A stretch of DNA of 33,506 nucleotides from an uncultured Thermoprotei archaeon. Lineage in GTDB: Archaea; Thermoproteota; Thermoprotei; Thermofilales; B15-G2. Position numbers and translations under genes: made by a program. The number at the start of each line of letters is the position of its first letter. Position 1 is the stretch's first letter. The notes beneath the pieces are model-generated. The model did no database searches, was not told the origin of the DNA, and saw only the letters and a program-made list of their open reading frames with translations. The stretch is taken from assembly GCA_965367815.1 (NCBI GenBank), contig CBDUKN010000025.1:1-33506 (forward strand), in the 5' to 3' direction. Shown piece after piece: positions 8,838 through 17,502 of the stretch.

Positions 8838-9299
8838 TTCATAGAAGAAGCGAACTCAGAGGAGACGAAGATCTTCAAGAAGAATTACGCGAAACAGGAG
8901 TCAGAGTTCTGCTCGAAACCGAAGTCAAGAATGTATACTTAAGTAACGAAAACAATCTTGTACTCGAGCTAAAAACACAGAGACGAAGTTTTCACAAAAA
9001 CAGTAGATATTCTAATATACTGCATAGGCTTTGTGCCCAACTCCAAGATATTCAAATAACTCGGAGTTAAAACAGATGATAAAGGATTTATTATTGTAGA
9101 CGAGTGGTGCCGAACAAATATTGAAGATGTTTTCGCATGCGGCGACGTTACAGGAGGACTAGGCGGAGTAATGAAAATAGTAACAGCTGTTACACAAGGA
9201 GTAATCGCTGCCGAAAGCGCCTATAAGTACCTGAAATCACCTTATTGGGCTAGAGAATACTCAGACAAAAAACAGAGCGCTTTAAGTAGAGTGATTTAA
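8822..9299 (+). pseudogene. trxB: Thioredoxin reductase-family remnant (C-terminal half)
   Basis: KKVYLIHRRSELRG, frameshift near 8975, IGFVPNS, in-frame TAA at 9057, GFIIVDEWCRTNIEDVFACGDVTG, AVTQGVIAA. Confidence 0.85.
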
Positions 9300-9335
9300 G
9301 TTAAGCTTATTAGACTATGTTTAAGTCTACTACTA

Positions 9336-9563
9336 GTGTGTTTAGGTGTTCCGGCTAGAGTGCTTGAAGTACACGGAAGAACAGCCATAGTTGATTACGG
9401 TGGAATTAAGCGTGAAGTAGATATTCTCCTAGTACCTGACGTTAAGCCCGGAGAATACGTTATTGTGCACGCTGGAGCAGCTATTTCTAAAATAGATGAA
9501 AAAGAAGCTTTAGAAACCTTAAAGTTATGGAAAGAAGTTCTCGAAGCACTTAAACCAGAATAG
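9336..9563 (+). CDS. hypC: Hydrogenase maturation chaperone HypC
   Basis: MCLGVPARV...GEYVIVHAGAAISKIDE. Confidence 0.97.
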   Translation: MCLGVPARVLEVHGRTAIVDYGGIKREVDILLVPDVKPGEYVIVHAGAAISKIDEKEALETLKLWKEVLEALKPE

Positions 9564-9682
9564 CTTTTACCCCCCAAAATACTTTACAATTATACTGTAA
9601 CTTGAAGTTAGTGTATTAAAGATAATAGCTTGCACTTACAGGTATGCTAGTAAAGTCTGCTTAAAAGTTCTGTGAGCCCCAG

Positions 9683-10675
9683 TCAGCTTGAAGGAGGTGG
9701 AGGAGGCGGGGGAGGAGGCAGATTTACTGTTTTCGCTTTTCTTCTATAGTGTACTAGAAGAACTACTAAAACAGCGCATACTCCTGCTAGAGCTACAACT
9801 AGGTACATTAATTTAAGGTATTCTTGCTGTAGATAAAGGTGTTCCTCGTAAAGCTTATTGTACTTATCTAGTAACTTGTTATACTCATTTTTAAGGCTGT
9901 TGTATTTAGCTTTGTAGTCTTCGAGAATATCTAGCACTTTATAGTGTTGCTGCTGTAGCTCTTCATAGTTTTCCGAAACATTGCTTAAGTGTTTTAATAA
10001 ATTCGAATACAATGTTTTTATTTTAATTAATTCACTAGTTACATTAATATACTTTTTGAAAAGAAGATCGTATCTAGACTGGAGCTCAGAATACCTTTGA
10101 AGTAGACTACTGTAATTTGCTTTCAATCCGCTGTACTCAGATTTAATTTCATTTAATTCTTCTTTAAGCTCACTATTTTCCTGTTTAAGTTGTTCATTTT
10201 TTGAGACTAAAACACTGTAACTGATACTTCTTACAGGTATTGCTCCAACAGACTTCTTTACAGTGTAAGTTCCGTTTTCGTGACTATACTCGAAGTATAC
10301 TTCAAATAGGAGAATAGGGTCTTTAGGTGGCTGTGAAATAGCTACATTAAATACTATTACTTTTTCAATATAAGTATTTTCTTCAACACACGTGTTTTCA
10401 AGAATAGTGCTTGAATGAAGTAAGTAGTAGTTTCCGCATACTTCAACAAGCCACACTTTTAATCTGAGATAGTGCACTGACATGTTTCTGTAAGCACAGA
10501 ACTCGAAAATCAGTCTAAATGGTTGGTTGAGTACTGCTTCTTCGTTGTAGAGCAAGCATATACAGTATTCATTTTCAGTTATTATTCGAGAATAAAGAGG
10601 CTGGGTGCTAACTCCCACGATTATGATAGCTAATACCAATAATATTGCTAAAATAGTAGCTTTGGTTGTTTTCAC
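9683..10675 (-). CDS. Surface protein: signal peptide, beta domain, long coiled coil, C-terminal TM, polyproline tail
   Basis: N-terminal hydrophobic stretch, L/Y heptads over about 130 aa, TM followed by RRKAK, ends LPPPPPPPPPSS. Confidence 0.75.
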   Translation of the reverse strand: MKTTKATILAILLVLAIIIVGVSTQPLYSRIITENEYCICLLYNEEAVLNQPFRLIFEFCAYRNMSVHYLRLKVWLVEVCGNYYLLHSSTILENTCVEENTYIEKVIVFNVAISQPPKDPILLFEVYFEYSHENGTYTVKKSVGAIPVRSISYSVLVSKNEQLKQENSELKEELNEIKSEYSGLKANYSSLLQRYSELQSRYDLLFKKYINVTSELIKIKTLYSNLLKHLSNVSENYEELQQQHYKVLDILEDYKAKYNSLKNEYNKLLDKYNKLYEEHLYLQQEYLKLMYLVVALAGVCAVLVVLLVHYRRKAKTVNLPPPPPPPPPSS

Positions 10676-10756
10676 GTGATAAATATTTATTGGAGGGCTT
10701 AAAAAGCTATGCCTTTGAACAAATGTCTTTCACATTAATTTTCTTTAGAACTTCTA

Positions 10757-11452
10757 TTATTTCAATAAGTTTTTTACAGCTATTTCAAATACAATTTTTC
10801 CTCTTTCACTACTTGCTGTAGACGATACTCCAAAAACGCCACTGTCCGTGTATTCTTTAGTGTCTCCAGGGTAGTATACGGGAAGCCCCTTAAAGACTTC
10901 TCGGGGTTCTTCGTCACAAGTTTTAGTTAAGTCCACTAAGTCAGGGTAGAGAAAAGCTATAAGAGATGTCTCCATTGCCGCGGCGTGCCCTCTTTCTTCA
11001 GGCTTAAAGTACTCGGATAATTCCCTTAAATTCCACCACTGAAAAACTACGATAAGTAGACCTTGCTGCTTGAGCTTACGGGCTACTTCTAGTAAACTAG
11101 CTAGATTGCCGCCGTGTCCATTGACAATTATTATTTTTCGGACTCCATGCTCCTTTAGAGACAAACATATGTCTTTTATGTAGTTTCTGAAAGATTCTTC
11201 GCTGACGTAAATTGTTCCAAGGAAATGTCTATGATGACTGCTTACGCCGAAAGGTACTGGCGGTAGCGTAGCTACTCCCGTTTGTTTAGCAGCCTCTAGC
11301 GCTAGTTTATAGGCTATTAAGTAGTCTGTTCCAAGAGGATTGTGCTTACCATGTTGCTCAGTTGAGCCGACAGGTAGGACTACTATATCATTGTAGCTAA
11401 AGTACTTCTCTGCTTCAGGATAAGGTACTTTACTTAAATCACTGTGTTTCAT
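10757..11452 (-). CDS. Creatininase/creatinine amidohydrolase family protein
   Basis: PVGSTEQHGKHNPLGTD, NGHGGN, GHAAAMETS, SGVFG. Confidence 0.92.
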   Translation of the reverse strand: MKHSDLSKVPYPEAEKYFSYNDIVVLPVGSTEQHGKHNPLGTDYLIAYKLALEAAKQTGVATLPPVPFGVSSHHRHFLGTIYVSEESFRNYIKDICLSLKEHGVRKIIIVNGHGGNLASLLEVARKLKQQGLLIVVFQWWNLRELSEYFKPEERGHAAAMETSLIAFLYPDLVDLTKTCDEEPREVFKGLPVYYPGDTKEYTDSGVFGVSSTASSERGKIVFEIAVKNLLK

Positions 11453-11994
11453 GCTTCCTCGCCTCTCACCAGTATGTAGGCGTTTTCTCCTGCTGAAAGC
11501 AGTGCTTCTTTTAGTGAATTATATTTAGCTAGCCAGAAAAGGAAAACTATTATTCCAGGTATCACTAGGCCTAAGGCTGTCAAGAAAAGTATCAGTATTG
11601 CTATAGGCTTCTTCATGTATATGCGAAAACCGTATCTCAAGTGGTCTCCGACTATATCTGTATAAATGTAGGCTTTGTTAAAGCTATCTGAGTACTCAAA
11701 GTCTAGTTCTGAGCGAGGAGCTTTAATGAAATTAAAGTTCCGTCTAGCAATCTCTTCCTGCAAATGTTTCAAGAACTCCTTTTTCTTCACTCCTATTCTA
11801 AAGAAAACTCTTTCAGTAGTAGTAATAGCGAGCCCTTCCGGCGGAAACTTGAACAAAATTATTATTGAAAGCACTGTTGCTACGGCTACCCCTAAACCTA
11901 TTATTATTGCTAGTGAGCTCAGTACCATTTTGAGGAACTTGATCAGTGTGACGAGGTACTGAAATTGCATAAACATATAATGGTGTAGTCTCAT
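11449..11994 (-). CDS. Hypothetical membrane protein
   Basis: Two hydrophobic segments; 4-nt overlap with the creatininase start; true start may be downstream of 11994. Confidence 0.65.
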   Translation of the reverse strand: MRLHHYMFMQFQYLVTLIKFLKMVLSSLAIIIGLGVAVATVLSIIILFKFPPEGLAITTTERVFFRIGVKKKEFLKHLQEEIARRNFNFIKAPRSELDFEYSDSFNKAYIYTDIVGDHLRYGFRIYMKKPIAILILFLTALGLVIPGIIVFLFWLAKYNSLKEALLSAGENAYILVRGEEA

Positions 11995-12060
11995 TATATA
12001 TTTTGAGTTAGGCTAGCATGCTATTTATTAAACAATTTTTAGTTTCTGACTATATAAAAC

Positions 12061-12837
12061 TTAGCTTTCAGCTATTTCCTCTAAAATCTTCTTTCCTTTA
12101 TCTGTAAGAATATACTTTACTACTATTTTGCCGCTTTCATCTTCCTCAGTCTTCATTTCAACGAGATTATATCCCCATAGGATAGCTACTAAGCTTCTCA
12201 CTGAAGCTCCAGGAAGATTTGTTTGAGACACTAAGTCTTTAAAGACTACTTCCTGGCTGCCAGATAGAGCTTTAAGTATTTTCTTCATGTTTTCGTCGAG
12301 TAGAGAAGCTAAAACACTCTTAGGGGGCTTTTTAGCAACTTCCTTCTTTTCTTTAGGTTTAGGCGGCTGCACTTTTTTCTCTTCTTCTACTTTAACTGCT
12401 GGCTTTTCACCAGCCGACGGCTTTTCAGTAACTTTTTCTTCAGGCTTCTCTAGTTCCTCTGGCTTTCTTTCTACTTCTTCCCTCTTACCTAATAGTAGTT
12501 CCTGTAGAGCCTTTGTTAGGGCCAAACTATCTTCGTAGCTTTTTGAAACAGATATTCCAGCAGTCCTCATTATTTGAAGTTCCCTAGAGAGCTTCTCTTT
12601 TTCTTCTTCAAGTCTTTTTATTTCCTCAATTAGTTCTCTTCTCATATCTTCTAATTCATCAACTTCTCTCCGCAAAGTTTCTACTCTATCTAGAAGACTT
12701 AGTATCTCGTTCTTCAATCTCTCTCTTTCATTAGTCAATCCCTTCAGTTCCAACTTTAGTATCTCAACTTGTCTGCGCAGGACGCCATATGACTTATAGT
12801 ACTCCAGAATGTCAAGGTCTTCTTTATCTAAGTTCAT
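12061..12837 (-). CDS. Coiled-coil + Lys/Glu/Pro linker + C-terminal winged-helix protein
   Basis: Heptads at about aa 15-95; linker; MKKILKAL...FKDLVSQTNL...SVRSLV..L...NLVE...YILTDKGKKIL. Confidence 0.8.
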   Translation of the reverse strand: MNLDKEDLDILEYYKSYGVLRRQVEILKLELKGLTNERERLKNEILSLLDRVETLRREVDELEDMRRELIEEIKRLEEEKEKLSRELQIMRTAGISVSKSYEDSLALTKALQELLLGKREEVERKPEELEKPEEKVTEKPSAGEKPAVKVEEEKKVQPPKPKEKKEVAKKPPKSVLASLLDENMKKILKALSGSQEVVFKDLVSQTNLPGASVRSLVAILWGYNLVEMKTEEDESGKIVVKYILTDKGKKILEEIAES

Positions 12838-13046
12838 TTCATAATATTTTCTCTTTGCCCAAATTTAAGGATAGTGCTTACTTTTCTCCAGAAAAATTTA
12901 AATGCATTAATAAATGCGCCCCAATTGTTCCGTCAAGGCCTTAGATAAACGAGTACTATGCATTCTAGTCGTTAATATTGCCTTGTACTATGTCTAACGA
13001 AACATCGATTAGACAAAAAGGTAATAAGTACACTGTATAGAAAGAT

Positions 13047-13415
13047 ATGGAGATAATGAGACTAAACATACTCTATGTAGTAGCTGGAGTAATAGGTATT
13101 ATCGGCTCAGCACTCTGCTTTATTTCAACGCTTCTATCGCTAATAGGCATTTTAACGAAAATAGGGTCATTTTCACTGGCCTACATTAATGTAGAGCTAC
13201 TTGTCTATGACTTAATAATGCTCATTCTTAGTATAGTCAGCTTAAAGGCCTCCAATAGTTTACGCGTAGGAGGCTACGCTGTGAGAGACAATAGTATAAT
13301 ACTCATAATCATGGGCGCCGTAATGATGTTCCTTAAAGGCGGCACTGGAGCATTTCTAGTGCTCCTAGGAGGTATTTTAGGGCTAATAGCCTACCTTATC
13401 TCGGAAATAGTCTAA
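13047..13415 (+). CDS. Hypothetical small membrane protein
   Basis: Four hydrophobic segments, GA.LVLLGGILGL. Confidence 0.7.
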   Translation: MEIMRLNILYVVAGVIGIIGSALCFISTLLSLIGILTKIGSFSLAYINVELLVYDLIMLILSIVSLKASNSLRVGGYAVRDNSIILIIMGAVMMFLKGGTGAFLVLLGGILGLIAYLISEIV

Positions 13416-13498
13416 AGACACCTCGATATTTCCTAAGTAATATCTCGTTTTCTCGCTATTTGCTTCTAATATATTAATTGACAGGAATTACTGAGAAT

Positions 13499-13711
13499 AT
13501 GAAATACTCTATATACTTCACACCCAAATCTCTTAGGCAGATAGAAAAACTAGACTATTATACTCAGCAAAAAATACTATATACTCTAAGCAAAGCTTCG
13601 CTAAGAGAAGAAACACGGTGTGAAGAAGTCATAGCTGGTTTCCGAGTAAACTATTATCTTGATAAAAAGAGGAGGAATTTAACAGTATTCAACTTGCAAA
13701 CAGGTATATGA
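13499..13711 (+). CDS. RelE/ParE-like small protein (solo)
   Basis: MKYSIYFTPKSLRQIEKLD...QQKI; GFRVNYYLDK...LTVF resembles the RelE pattern. Confidence 0.5.
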   Translation: MKYSIYFTPKSLRQIEKLDYYTQQKILYTLSKASLREETRCEEVIAGFRVNYYLDKKRRNLTVFNLQTGI

Positions 13712-13713
13712 AA

Positions 13714-14001
13714 TTATCTTAAGAGCCTCTCTTTAATTATGTTTATCCAGTCCTTAATATCTTCGACTAAAGCATTTCGGTCTTCAGGATCTTTTATAGG
13801 CTCATAGAGCTTATAATACTTGTTTAAAAACTGTATCCAGTCACTAATGTGTTTCCGTATATCACCGAATTCTTCTTCATCTAAGGTCTCTAAGAGTCCT
13901 TTAAGATTCTCTAAGATTACGTAAACATTTTTGTTTTCTAAGCAAGAATAGTATGCTGCTTGAATATATCTTCCAGCTTCGAAAGCCTCTATTGGATCCA
14001 T
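13714..14001 (-). CDS. Hypothetical helical protein, last gene of the multi-FtsZ operon
   Basis: GGTGA SD; 10 nt after the preceding stop. Confidence 0.75.
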   Translation of the reverse strand: MDPIEAFEAGRYIQAAYYSCLENKNVYVILENLKGLLETLDEEEFGDIRKHISDWIQFLNKYYKLYEPIKDPEDRNALVEDIKDWINIIKERLLR

Positions 14002-14011
14002 AGAGTCACCA

Positions 14012-14974
14012 TTATGCCACTTCTCCTACAAGGCTTCTAATTGTCGGAGATGTTATGCCAGCTGCAATAAACATTACTTTAGGATACTCTACTCTCTCGT
14101 CTAGTCTTAGTCCCCAGAATACTCTTTCTATACCATACCTCTCTGTAATTATTCTAGGTCCTTCACTAGCTTCTTCTAATGTTGTTTTAGGTGAAGAAAC
14201 TACGTAGAGAAGAGCTGCTTCTGCGTCTTTTAGCTCAGCGTCTAGCAACTTGTTTTTAATAGCATTTTCAGTAGCTACATTTACTTTAAGTCCAACTCCG
14301 TGCCCTACAACTCCTAGGCCCATGTCTCTTACAGCTGTAACGAAGTCAGCGTAACCTATGCTGACTATGCTCGGCTTGGTTATTAACTCTATTAGCGACT
14401 TTAGAGTATTGACAAGAATAGAGTCCATGAACTTAAAAGCGAACTGAACGGGAATGCCGCCTATTTTCTTCAACAGTAGATCGTTTAAGTTAACTATAGT
14501 TAAGTCAGCCTGCTGTAGAATTCCGTAAAGACCCAGCCTGGCGTTCTCTATGCGGTTCACTCCCTCGAAGGCAAAAGGGAAAGTCACTAGTGCTATTCTT
14601 AGTGCGTCTGGGAATCTGTTTCTTAGTTCTTCTAGTAGTACTGGTATTCCTCCGCTTGCTGTACCACCACCAAGACCACCAGTAACAATGACTACATTAG
14701 GAACTCCGATTGAGTTAATTATGCGGCTTACATCGTCTCTCATTGCTGCTTCTCCTAGACTTGGGTTTCCTCCTGTTCCATGTCCTCTTGTTATTGTTTG
14801 CCCAATTAATATTTTATTGGGTACTTTAACTGACTGTAAGTGAACAGCCTCAGTATGAACAGCAACAGCTAAAACATCTTCAGTAGCACCAACCTCATAC
14901 AACCTATTCAAAGTATTACAACCACAACCACCAACACCGACAACAACAATACTCGGTTTGGGTATTTCTCCCAT
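14012..14974 (-). CDS. ftsZ: FtsZ/tubulin-family GTPase paralog 5 (subgroup A)
   Basis: VVGVGGCGCN, GGLGGGTASG, PFAFEG..R, T7 SIGYAD. Confidence 0.9.
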   Translation of the reverse strand: MGEIPKPSIVVVGVGGCGCNTLNRLYEVGATEDVLAVAVHTEAVHLQSVKVPNKILIGQTITRGHGTGGNPSLGEAAMRDDVSRIINSIGVPNVVIVTGGLGGGTASGGIPVLLEELRNRFPDALRIALVTFPFAFEGVNRIENARLGLYGILQQADLTIVNLNDLLLKKIGGIPVQFAFKFMDSILVNTLKSLIELITKPSIVSIGYADFVTAVRDMGLGVVGHGVGLKVNVATENAIKNKLLDAELKDAEAALLYVVSSPKTTLEEASEGPRIITERYGIERVFWGLRLDERVEYPKVMFIAAGITSPTIRSLVGEVA

Positions 14975-14978
14975 CGTC

Positions 14979-15935
14979 TCACTCCTCTAAGAACTTTCTA
15001 ACAGATTCTGATTTTACCCCAGTTGCTATGAACGCTACTCTAGGCTGTGTTAGCTCCCAGCTTGGCTTAAATCCGAAGTAGACTACTTGAATATTGTATG
15101 TGGATGTAAGAGTCCCTGAGATATCGTATATATCTGACGTCTGCAGAGCTGTTTCAGTGCCTTCAATGTACACTACTGCTCCTTTACTTCCAGTTATATC
15201 AATATCACAGAACTCTTCTTTCATAGCCTCCTTGAATGCTTCTAGCACTCCTGCTGCTTCTTTGACATTTATTAGTCCTAAGCCTGACTTCATAGCTATT
15301 GCTTTAAATGAACTAAAGTCTACGTTCATTACTCCAGGTATAGGCTTTATTGACTGTAAGCCCAGTATTGCCTGGAGGCTGGCTTCTATTTTATTATCAA
15401 GTATTCTATAAGCTCTTACTAGAGGTAGTGTAGGATGCTTCTCTTTTAATTTGTCATTAAAGTGTACTACGGTTACATCAGATAAGTCTACTATAGTAGA
15501 TAAAGCCATTTTAGCATTGTTTATTCGGTTACTACTTTCTGTTTTAAACGGTATTGTTACAAAAGATATTACTAGTTTGTCGGGATAACTCTCCTTGATT
15601 TTTTCTACTAAGGCAGGATGTCCTCCGCTACCTGTTCCTCCACCTAAGCCAGAAATGATAACTACTACTTCTCCATCGGCTACTTTTTCTACTATTTTAT
15701 AGGCTTGAACTTCCATGGCTTTTCTGCCTAACTCCATTGCGCCGGCGGTAGACCTGCCTTTAGTAATGTCTTCTCCTATTAAGAGTTTGTCGTCGCATCT
15801 AGCTATTGAAAGCGCTGAAGAATCAGTGTCTACTCCAATAGTTTTTACAGGAATTCCTCTTCTCTTGACAGCAGTGAGAGCATTGAGACCCCTCCCCCCT
15901 ATGCCTACAACATATATTTTAAGTTCGGCTGACAT
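14979..15935 (-). CDS. ftsZ: FtsZ/tubulin-family GTPase paralog 4 (subgroup B)
   Basis: VVGIGGRGLN, DTD, GLGGGTGSG, PFKTE, T7 NVDFSS. Confidence 0.9.
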   Translation of the reverse strand: MSAELKIYVVGIGGRGLNALTAVKRRGIPVKTIGVDTDSSALSIARCDDKLLIGEDITKGRSTAGAMELGRKAMEVQAYKIVEKVADGEVVVIISGLGGGTGSGGHPALVEKIKESYPDKLVISFVTIPFKTESSNRINNAKMALSTIVDLSDVTVVHFNDKLKEKHPTLPLVRAYRILDNKIEASLQAILGLQSIKPIPGVMNVDFSSFKAIAMKSGLGLINVKEAAGVLEAFKEAMKEEFCDIDITGSKGAVVYIEGTETALQTSDIYDISGTLTSTYNIQVVYFGFKPSWELTQPRVAFIATGVKSESVRKFLEE

Positions 15936-15945
15936 TTTTTCACCA

Positions 15946-16185
15946 TTATTCTACAGGCTTACTAAGCAGTATTACATCTCCTACTCTTAATACATATGAA
16001 AAAGGTATATTAATTTTAGTTTCTTTTGTTCTCGGCCCTATTTTTTCTATCTTTTTAATGACTAGCTCTACACCTTCGGCGGCTTTTTCTGAAATTACTA
16101 TACTTTCAACTACTCCTACTACTTTACCGTTTACGTCTATTACTTGTCTTCCTATTATTTCTTTATCCGATATTTTTCTGTTCAT
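15946..16185 (-). CDS. PRC-barrel domain protein
   Basis: IIGRQVIDVNGKVVGVVESIVI...IPFSYVLRVGDVILL matches the archaeal PRC-barrel pattern. Confidence 0.88.
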   Translation of the reverse strand: MNRKISDKEIIGRQVIDVNGKVVGVVESIVISEKAAEGVELVIKKIEKIGPRTKETKINIPFSYVLRVGDVILLSKPVE

Positions 16186-16189
16186 TTAT

Positions 16190-17197
16190 TTACTTCACCT
16201 CAAGGTATTGATCCACTAGTGGAGACTTTACCCCTGCAGCCATTAGCATTACTCTCGGGTTATAGAGTTTCCAGTTATATCTGACTCCCCAGAATATAGT
16301 TGATATGCCGTATTTAGTTGCGAGTATACTTGTCATCTCCTCTACTTCGCTCGTCTTTAGCATTGCCTGTGTTCCCTCCATGTATATTACAGCTCCCTTT
16401 GCTCCAGTTAAGTCGGCTTCACAATAGTTTTGCTCTAAAGCGTTTTCAAACGCTGAAAATAATCTTGATCCCTGACCTACACCTACGAACCCTAGCCCGC
16501 TTCTTCTAGTAAGCCTCTCTACATTCGAGAAGTCTATGTTAACTAGTCCTGGTGTCGGTTCAGTGTACTGTAGGCTTGTCAGCGCAGTTATTACTGTCAC
16601 TAAATGCTTGTCCATTTCCCTAAATGCCTGCTGCAGGCTTCGTGAACCCATTTTCTGCTTTAATATGTCGTTGAAGTTTACTAGAATTACGTCTGCTAAA
16701 TCGAGTAGCTCTGCCAGAGCTACTTTAGCGTTTCTTACCCTCTCTGCTCCTTCTGAGGAGAAGGGAGTTGTTACTACTGCCCAGACGAGCTTATCTCCCA
16801 TGTTTTCTTTTATGTATTCTGCTAGTGCTAGTATTCCTCCTGTTCCTGTACCGCCGCCGAGACCAGCAGTAAGAATATACAGCTCAGCATCCTTGACTGG
16901 GGCAAGGACTTTGTCTACTTCGCGGCTCATTATCTCTCTACCAAGAGCAGGACTACCAGCACTACCACGACCACGAGTAACAGTCTCACCAATCAATACA
17001 CGGTACTTAGCTTTAGTCTTATAGAGTACTGCAGCATCCGTGTTTACGGCGACAGTGGGTACGTCTATTCCCGCTCTTTCAAGGTTAGAAATAGTGTTAC
17101 ATCCACATCCTCCTATACCAATGACAGCTATTTTGAGCACTGCTCTTTTAGAAACTACTTCTGCTAGTCTCTGTGCCTCTAGTATTCTACGCGCCAT
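16190..17197 (-). CDS. ftsZ: FtsZ/tubulin-family GTPase paralog 3 (subgroup B)
   Basis: IGIGGCGCN, NTD, GLGGGTGTG, PFSSEG..R, T7 NIDFSN; ATG 17197 follows AGGTGA. Confidence 0.92.
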   Translation of the reverse strand: MARRILEAQRLAEVVSKRAVLKIAVIGIGGCGCNTISNLERAGIDVPTVAVNTDAAVLYKTKAKYRVLIGETVTRGRGSAGSPALGREIMSREVDKVLAPVKDAELYILTAGLGGGTGTGGILALAEYIKENMGDKLVWAVVTTPFSSEGAERVRNAKVALAELLDLADVILVNFNDILKQKMGSRSLQQAFREMDKHLVTVITALTSLQYTEPTPGLVNIDFSNVERLTRRSGLGFVGVGQGSRLFSAFENALEQNYCEADLTGAKGAVIYMEGTQAMLKTSEVEEMTSILATKYGISTIFWGVRYNWKLYNPRVMLMAAGVKSPLVDQYLEVK

Positions 17198-17202
17198 AGA
17201 TA

Positions 17203-17496
17203 TCACCTTCTGCCGCGTCTTTCATCAATCTTCATTCTGAATGCTCTATTGAGAGCATCTATCAGCTGTTCTCTAGAGTATAGACCTCCGTGGCCTTTTG
17301 CTTCAACCCATTCAACGAACTTTACTACTGGTGGCTCAAAAGGCATTTTTTCGAGCTCACAGTACCACGCTATGTCTACTTCGCCGCTCTCTTCTTCAAG
17401 GAACTTTAAAGCTAAGTCGAGTGGGCTGGGGGCAGCAGACTGAGGAGCCGGCTTTTGTTTTTCCTCTTCCTCTTTCTTCTTTCTACCAAACAGCAT
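17203..17496 (-). CDS. Hypothetical operon protein with N-terminal hydrophobic/basic peptide (MLFGRKKK)
   Basis: GGTGA SD; tightly packed between FtsZ paralogs. Confidence 0.75.
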   Translation of the reverse strand: MLFGRKKKEEEEKQKPAPQSAAPSPLDLALKFLEEESGEVDIAWYCELEKMPFEPPVVKFVEWVEAKGHGGLYSREQLIDALNRAFRMKIDERRGRR

Positions 17497-17502
17497 ATTC
17501 TA

